Of a stretch of DNA of 64,000 nucleotides, positions 58,983 through 64,000 are shown in pieces. A program made the position numbers and the translations under genes. The notes under the pieces were generated by a model. That model worked only from the letters and a program-made list of their open reading frames with translations, had not been told where the DNA came from and ran no database searches. Position 1 is the first letter of the stretch, and every line of letters starts with the position of its first letter. The DNA comes from an uncultured Clostridia bacterium (GTDB lineage Bacteria > Bacillota > Clostridia > Oscillospirales > Acutalibacteraceae), in NCBI GenBank assembly GCA_945787805.1, contig CALZID010000004.1, forward strand, positions 7,712 to 71,711, in the 5' to 3' direction.

Positions 58983-61900
58983 GAGAACAGATATAAAAAA
59001 AGTTTTAGTCATTGGCTCGGGTCCCATCGTCATAGGTCAGGCAGCCGAGTTTGACTATGCGGGTACACAGGCTTGTCTGGCGCTTAAAGAAGAAGGCTAT
59101 GAAGTTGTGTTGTGCAACTCCAACCCCGCAACAATTATGACTGACACTTCTGTTGCGGATAAGGTGTATATGGAGCCGCTGACTTTGGAATATATATCTA
59201 AAATTGTCCGTTTTGAGCGCCCAGACGCAATACTTCCCGGTATCGGCGGACAAACAGGACTCAACCTTGCAATACAGCTTGAAAAGAAAGGTGTTCTCAG
59301 TGAATGCCGTGTAGAGCTTCTGGGCACACCGTCCGCAAGTATTGAAAGAGCCGAAGACAGAGAACTTTTTAAAGAGTTATGTGAAGAATTAGGAGAACCT
59401 GTATTGCCGTCAGACATTGCAACCTCCATTGAAGACGGATTGAGAGTTGCAAATGAAATCGGTTTTCCCGTGGTACTGCGTCCCGCCTTTACCTTGGGCG
59501 GTACAGGCGGCGGATTTGCCGATAACGAAGACGAATTCCTGCCGCTTATGAAAAATGCTCTGGCGCTCTCCCCCGTAAATCAAGTGCTTATTGAAAAGAG
59601 CATTAAGGGCTACAAGGAAATTGAATATGAAGTAATCAGGGACGCAAATGATACTGCTATTACAGTGTGTAATATGGAAAATCTCGACCCTGTGGGTATT
59701 CACACGGGCGACTCCGTTGTTGTGTGCCCTTCCCAAACACTTACCAATAAAGAATATCAAATGCTGAGAAACAGTGCTCTCAAAATCATTCGTGCATTAG
59801 GCATTGAGGGCGGCTGCAATGTTCAGTTTGCATTGGACCCAAATTCTTTTCAGTATTATCTTATCGAAGTTAATCCGAGAGTTTCTCGCTCGTCCGCATT
59901 GGCTTCAAAAGCCAGCGGTTATCCGATAGCCAGAGTTTCGGCTAAAATCGGTGTGGGTATGACACTTGATGAAATAAGAATTGCCAACACACCCGCCTCT
60001 TTTGAGCCAACCCTTGACTATGTAGTGTGCAAAATGCCCCGTTTCCCCTTTGATAAATTTACCGATGCCAACAATTCACTTTCAACACAAATGAAAGCAA
60101 CCGGTGAAGTTATGAGCATCGGCAGAAGCTTTGAAGAAAGTCTTTTAAAGGGTATTCGTTCTCTTGAAATCGGGCTTTATCACTTATATAATAAAAAATT
60201 CGATGATGAAACCACAGAGTCTTTGCTCTCTTATATTGAGATAGGTACTGATGACCGAATTTATGCAATTGCCGAGCTGTTAAGACGAAGCATATCGGCA
60301 GATGTTATTCATAAACAGACAAAAATAGACCTTTTCTTTATTCGCAAGCTGAAAAATATTGTGGATATGGAAAATGAACTTGAAAATTCCCCGCAAAATG
60401 AAAAAGTTTTGAGAGCCGCAAAATCTATGGGCTTTTCGGATAAACAGATAGGAAAAATATGGAATAAAGACGAAAATGATATAAGAATTTTGAGAAAAGA
60501 ACTCAGTATCTCCCCTATTTATAAGATGATTGATACTTGTGCGTCAGAATTTGAAAGTTATATTCCATATTTTTATTCTACATATGCTGATGAAAACGAG
60601 TCCATTATTTCAAACAAAAAAAAGGTTATTGTGTTAGGCTCGGGACCTATCCGTATCGGTCAGGGCGTTGAATTTGACTATTCAACTGTTCATGCAGTTA
60701 AGACCATTAAAGCGGCGGGCTTTGAAGCAATCATTATCAACAATAACCCTGAAACCGTATCAACTGATTACACCTGTTCCGACAAGCTCTATTTCGAGCC
60801 ATTATGTGTGGAAGATGTTATGAACATTATTGATATGGAACAACCCTACGGTGTTATTGCTACCTTGGGTGGTCAAACTGCCATAAATCTTGCTGAACCG
60901 CTGGCGGAATTAGGTGTAAATATTATCAGTACGGACAAAGATGCCATTGACAAGGCGGAAAACCGCGATTTATTTGAAAAACTGCTTTGCAGTCTTTCAA
61001 TTCCACAGCCGAAAGGCAGAGCCGTGACAAGCATTGAAGCAGGATTGAAAGCGGCAGAAGAAATCGGTTATCCCGTTCTTGTGCGCCCCAGCTTTGTGCT
61101 CGGCGGCAGAGCCATGCAAATAGTCGCAAAGCCCGAAGCCTTAAAGCACTACCTTAAAACCGCAGTTGAAATCGACGAAGATAAGCCCGTATTAGTTGAT
61201 AAATACTTGAAAGGCAAGGAAGTCGAGGTTGATGCGGTCTGCGACGGTAAAGATGTATTTATCCCCGGTATTATGGAGCTTGTTGAACGCACCGGCGTTC
61301 ATTCAGGCGACTCAATAAGTGTTTATCCCTCTTTCAGCATATCGCAAAAGGTCAAAGACACAATTATTGATTACACTAAAAAGCTTGGTGTGGGAATAGG
61401 TATTGTGGGTCTTTATAACATCCAGTTCATTGTAGATGAGAACGATGATGTTTATATAATTGAAGTAAACCCCCGTTCTTCAAGAACAGTGCCGTTCCTT
61501 TCAAAAGCAACAGGTTACAGTCTTGCCGATATTGCAACTCTTGTAATTCTGGGTAAATCTCTCAAGGAACAAGGCATATTTGAAGTTTATCCCAAAGAAA
61601 AAGAACGCTTTTATGTAAAAGTTCCGGCATTTTCATTCTCAAAGCTTCACGGTATGGACTCTTATCTGTCCCCCGAAATGAAATCCACGGGTGAAGCAAT
61701 CGGTTATGATAAGGCGCTTTCGAGAGCCATGTATAAGGCGATGATTGCAAGCGGTATGAAAGTGCAGAATTACGGTACACTGCTTGTCACTCTTGCAGAC
61801 GAAGATAAGGAAGAAGCACTGCCTTTGATTAGAAAATTCTATAATTTGGGCTTTAATATTGAAGCGACTGTGGGTACCGCAGTATTCCTGAAAGAGCATG

Positions 61901-62157
61901 GAATTCGCACCCGTATTCGCCGCAAGCTGTCAGAAGGCAGTGAAGAGATACTTGACTCAATCAGAGCGGGATATGTCAGCTATGTTATTTGTACAAGAGC
62001 GATTTTGTCGGGTGTGCATTATGAAGACGGTGTGGCAATCCGCCGCTGTGCAACCCAGAATAATATCACTATGCTGACAAGCCTTGACACAGTAAAAATG
62101 CTTCTCGAAGTTTTAGAAGAAACCACCATAGGGATATCCACAATAAACGAGAAGTGA
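58975..62157 (+). CDS. carB: carbamoyl-phosphate synthase large subunit
   Basis: 1060 aa with both ATP-grasp halves and the MGS-like domain. It overlaps the carA stop by 8 nt. Confidence 0.97.
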   Translation: MPKRTDIKKVLVIGSGPIVIGQAAEFDYAGTQACLALKEEGYEVVLCNSNPATIMTDTSVADKVYMEPLTLEYISKIVRFERPDAILPGIGGQTGLNLAIQLEKKGVLSECRVELLGTPSASIERAEDRELFKELCEELGEPVLPSDIATSIEDGLRVANEIGFPVVLRPAFTLGGTGGGFADNEDEFLPLMKNALALSPVNQVLIEKSIKGYKEIEYEVIRDANDTAITVCNMENLDPVGIHTGDSVVVCPSQTLTNKEYQMLRNSALKIIRALGIEGGCNVQFALDPNSFQYYLIEVNPRVSRSSALASKASGYPIARVSAKIGVGMTLDEIRIANTPASFEPTLDYVVCKMPRFPFDKFTDANNSLSTQMKATGEVMSIGRSFEESLLKGIRSLEIGLYHLYNKKFDDETTESLLSYIEIGTDDRIYAIAELLRRSISADVIHKQTKIDLFFIRKLKNIVDMENELENSPQNEKVLRAAKSMGFSDKQIGKIWNKDENDIRILRKELSISPIYKMIDTCASEFESYIPYFYSTYADENESIISNKKKVIVLGSGPIRIGQGVEFDYSTVHAVKTIKAAGFEAIIINNNPETVSTDYTCSDKLYFEPLCVEDVMNIIDMEQPYGVIATLGGQTAINLAEPLAELGVNIISTDKDAIDKAENRDLFEKLLCSLSIPQPKGRAVTSIEAGLKAAEEIGYPVLVRPSFVLGGRAMQIVAKPEALKHYLKTAVEIDEDKPVLVDKYLKGKEVEVDAVCDGKDVFIPGIMELVERTGVHSGDSISVYPSFSISQKVKDTIIDYTKKLGVGIGIVGLYNIQFIVDENDDVYIIEVNPRSSRTVPFLSKATGYSLADIATLVILGKSLKEQGIFEVYPKEKERFYVKVPAFSFSKLHGMDSYLSPEMKSTGEAIGYDKALSRAMYKAMIASGMKVQNYGTLLVTLADEDKEEALPLIRKFYNLGFNIEATVGTAVFLKEHGIRTRIRRKLSEGSEEILDSIRAGYVSYVICTRAILSGVHYEDGVAIRRCATQNNITMLTSLDTVKMLLEVLEETTIGISTINEK

Positions 62158-62175
62158 GAATAACTATATAAACAT

Positions 62176-62210
62176 AAAAACAGATACCGCAAAAGCGGTA
62201 TCTGTTTTTT
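62176..62210 (+). terminator. intrinsic terminator of the purC...carB operon
   Basis: AAAAACAGATACCGC-AAAA-GCGGTATCTGTTTTTT. Confidence 0.9.
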
Positions 62211-62269
62211 GTCTCTGTTGTTCGAAAAAGAACCAGTCTAAAACCAAAAATTTTCTTTAAAAATCATAA

Positions 62270-62650
62270 TTATAATGTTCTTTCAGAAATCATTTTACAA
62301 ATAGCGGTAACATTTGCATTTCTGGAAAATTCAAAACGCACTCTACCGATACCGGAAAACCAAAGGTCAAGTTCACTATCATAATCGAGAACACCAGCAG
62401 TTTCTACAGAAAAAGCTTGTATCTTACTGTATGGCAAAGAAGTAAAATCTTTTTTTGTGCCTGTAAGTCCCTGAACATTTATCGAAATAATTCTTTTATT
62501 CGTAAATACAACGCCATCGCGAATGCCTTTAAATGTCCCAAGAATGCTCTCGCCATCAGTAAATATCGGCACTATCAACGATGCGTATGTATCATCGCTA
62601 ACCGCTTTCAATTTTGAGTAAATAGAACTGCCATTTTTAAAATCAATCAT
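62270..62650 (-). CDS. bacterial PH (YokE-like, bPH) domain protein
   Basis: ATG at 62650 follows AAGGAGA. The 126-aa sequence (GVVFTNKRIISINVQGLTGTKKDFTSLPYSKIQAFSVETAG...) resembles bacterial PH-domain proteins. Confidence 0.6.
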   Translation of the reverse strand: MIDFKNGSSIYSKLKAVSDDTYASLIVPIFTDGESILGTFKGIRDGVVFTNKRIISINVQGLTGTKKDFTSLPYSKIQAFSVETAGVLDYDSELDLWFSGIGRVRFEFSRNANVTAICKMISERTL

Positions 62651-62672
62651 TGGTATTTCTCCTTTATAATTA

Positions 62673-63557
62673 TTATTTAGCATAAAAATTGTATCCTAAT
62701 AAACTCTCTGCTGTCAGTAATAACTTTTTATAGTTTTCTGAATTAGATGCTTTCATTCGTCTATAACCGCCAAACGATTTAGGAGCTATTTCAGGAGCCT
62801 TTTCAAATAATAAATCGTAAAACTCTTTATCTTTTGCCATTTCTTCTTTTTCTTTTACATCTTTTTCAAAAATTGCCTTTTGTTCTTTTGTTCTTTCATC
62901 AACAAACGGTCTATTGCAATATTTAATAAAATCTCCCTTATAATCCCAGGTAGGTAAAGAAATATCATCAAGCACAGGATAAAGGGTTATTGAACAATAT
63001 TTGTGTTTTTCTGATTTATGCAGTAGATATTCAGGAAGTTTAGGATATTTTTTACTGTTGCCGCTAACGCTAAAATACCTCTTAATATATTTAGCACATT
63101 CTTCACAAACAAAATATGTTTCATTCGTGGAAACAATATCCGTATTTCCATACGCTTCGCTAATCATCTTTGTATTGTACGCTTCTTGTTCTTTATTGAA
63201 TTGTGCAAACATCTCTTTTATTTTTTGTTCTTCTATTTTAGCCTCTTCAAATTGCCTATCAAATTTCAAATATTCAACCAATCGCATATAATCTTTTTCA
63301 GACCACGAAAAATTTGAATACGGAAAGATTTCGTTCGCTTTTCTCAGACATGCGATAGCTAAATCCATTCTTCCATTTTTCTTATGTTCCGTTGCTTTCT
63401 TTTGTAAGATATACTCAACATTATTAACCGGGCTGCTCATTCCTTGCAAAGGCTTATAGCTTGGAATTTTGATGCTTTTTATCCCCTCTAGAGTTTGAAA
63501 ATCATACTTCTCACTTGAAAATATGTTTTTTAAAAACGATTTTATCAATCCCGCCAC
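62673..63557 (-). CDS. hypothetical protein (~291-294 aa), Lys/Glu-rich with Cys/His cluster
   Basis: Long clean ORF in AT-rich DNA. A possible TTG start at 63548 follows GAGGTG. It contains CEEC...HKSEKHKYC. No family recognised. Confidence 0.5.
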   Translation of the reverse strand: MAGLIKSFLKNIFSSEKYDFQTLEGIKSIKIPSYKPLQGMSSPVNNVEYILQKKATEHKKNGRMDLAIACLRKANEIFPYSNFSWSEKDYMRLVEYLKFDRQFEEAKIEEQKIKEMFAQFNKEQEAYNTKMISEAYGNTDIVSTNETYFVCEECAKYIKRYFSVSGNSKKYPKLPEYLLHKSEKHKYCSITLYPVLDDISLPTWDYKGDFIKYCNRPFVDERTKEQKAIFEKDVKEKEEMAKDKEFYDLLFEKAPEIAPKSFGGYRRMKASNSENYKKLLLTAESLLGYNFYAK

Positions 63558-63584
63558 CTCAAACTTTTGAATTATGCAATATCA

Positions 63585-64000
63585 TCAAACCTGCCACCAT
63601 TTAAATATTGAATTTAACAACGCCATCACCGATACTAATAAAGCTAAAAAAGGAATAATTTTATCTAACCAGTATCTTCTTGTAACTACTCCCTTTTCCT
63701 TACGATTAATTTCAATATGTTTAGTTTTTTCAGGAAAATAATCAATAGCCTTTGATGTTAAATAGTAATAAATTGTATCTGTAAATATTTCCCCAACAAT
63801 ATATCCTTCTTTTTCTAATGTTTGAAAATGTGCAAATGTGAAATCACAATCACGAATATCATCTAAACAAACTTCATCATCATTTCCGAAACCTATATTA
63901 TCTTCCCTATTCAATAGAAATTTTAGACAGTTTTCTTCACATTCGCTTAAAAAGTTCACTATTTCCTTATCTCCTTGTATTTCGATAATAATCGACACTA
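63585..64000 (-). CDS. hypothetical protein with C-terminal TM helix (possibly 5'-truncated by the window edge)
   Basis: The ORF is open to the right edge. The C-terminal hydrophobic segment is IIPFLALLVSVMALLNSIF. No family recognised. Confidence 0.4.
   Translation of the reverse strand, partial: VSIIIEIQGDKEIVNFLSECEENCLKFLLNREDNIGFGNDDEVCLDDIRDCDFTFAHFQTLEKEGYIVGEIFTDTIYYYLTSKAIDYFPEKTKHIEINRKEKGVVTRRYWLDKIIPFLALLVSVMALLNSIFKWWQV

Overview
The window looks like a low-GC Firmicutes/Clostridia chromosome. A Ruminococcus-like Oscillospiraceae origin is inferred only from gene content: type III glutamine synthetase, a cohesin-domain surface protein and the codon style. I saw no rRNA, tRNA, CRISPR array, transposase or prophage genes.

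Layout:
- 0-4.2 kb: the conserved rpmG-secE-nusG-rplK-rplA-rplJ-rplL block on the minus strand, with an L10 leader/attenuator.
- 4.3-8.9 kb: a first carAB pair whose CarA has lost all three glutaminase triad residues.
- 8.9-11.4 kb: a DUF2974-like hydrolase, a preQ1-I riboswitch with queT, and a hemolysin-III family protein.
- 11.5-16.3 kb: hrcA-grpE-dnaK-dnaJ with CIRCE.
- 16.3-21.9 kb: T-box with thrS, a membrane-anchored metallophosphoesterase, a PHP phosphoesterase and a hypothetical protein.
- 21.9-29 kb: a cohesin/Big_2 surface protein, M-box with mgtE, a GPH/MFS transporter with a long coiled-coil tail, and a stand-alone E2-type acyltransferase.
- 29.1-34.9 kb: a GH2-GNAT-GH95 operon.
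- 35.1-38.1 kb: a Crp/Fnr regulator plus a NitT/TauT-type ABC transporter.
- 38.1-62.2 kb: a roughly 24 kb nitrogen block. It holds an ANTAR regulator, glnA, a three-gene archaeal-type GOGAT, gdhA, GS-III, an Amt-PII fusion and asnB. These are followed by purC-purA-purB-guaA-pyrG, a deleted purF remnant, and a canonical carAB.
- 62.2-64 kb: a visibly AT-richer trio of small unknown genes.

The most interesting signals:
- A conserved leader motif, AAAAGGCAA(A/G)GGCGUCUUU, is built into terminator hairpins in front of gdhA, glnN and purC. A related hairpin precedes the GOGAT-glnA operon. A cis-encoded pseudo-receiver ANTAR protein is the obvious candidate antiterminator.
- The first CarA is triad-less.
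- The ammonium channel and PII are fused into one protein.
- The purF remnant carries an internal deletion.
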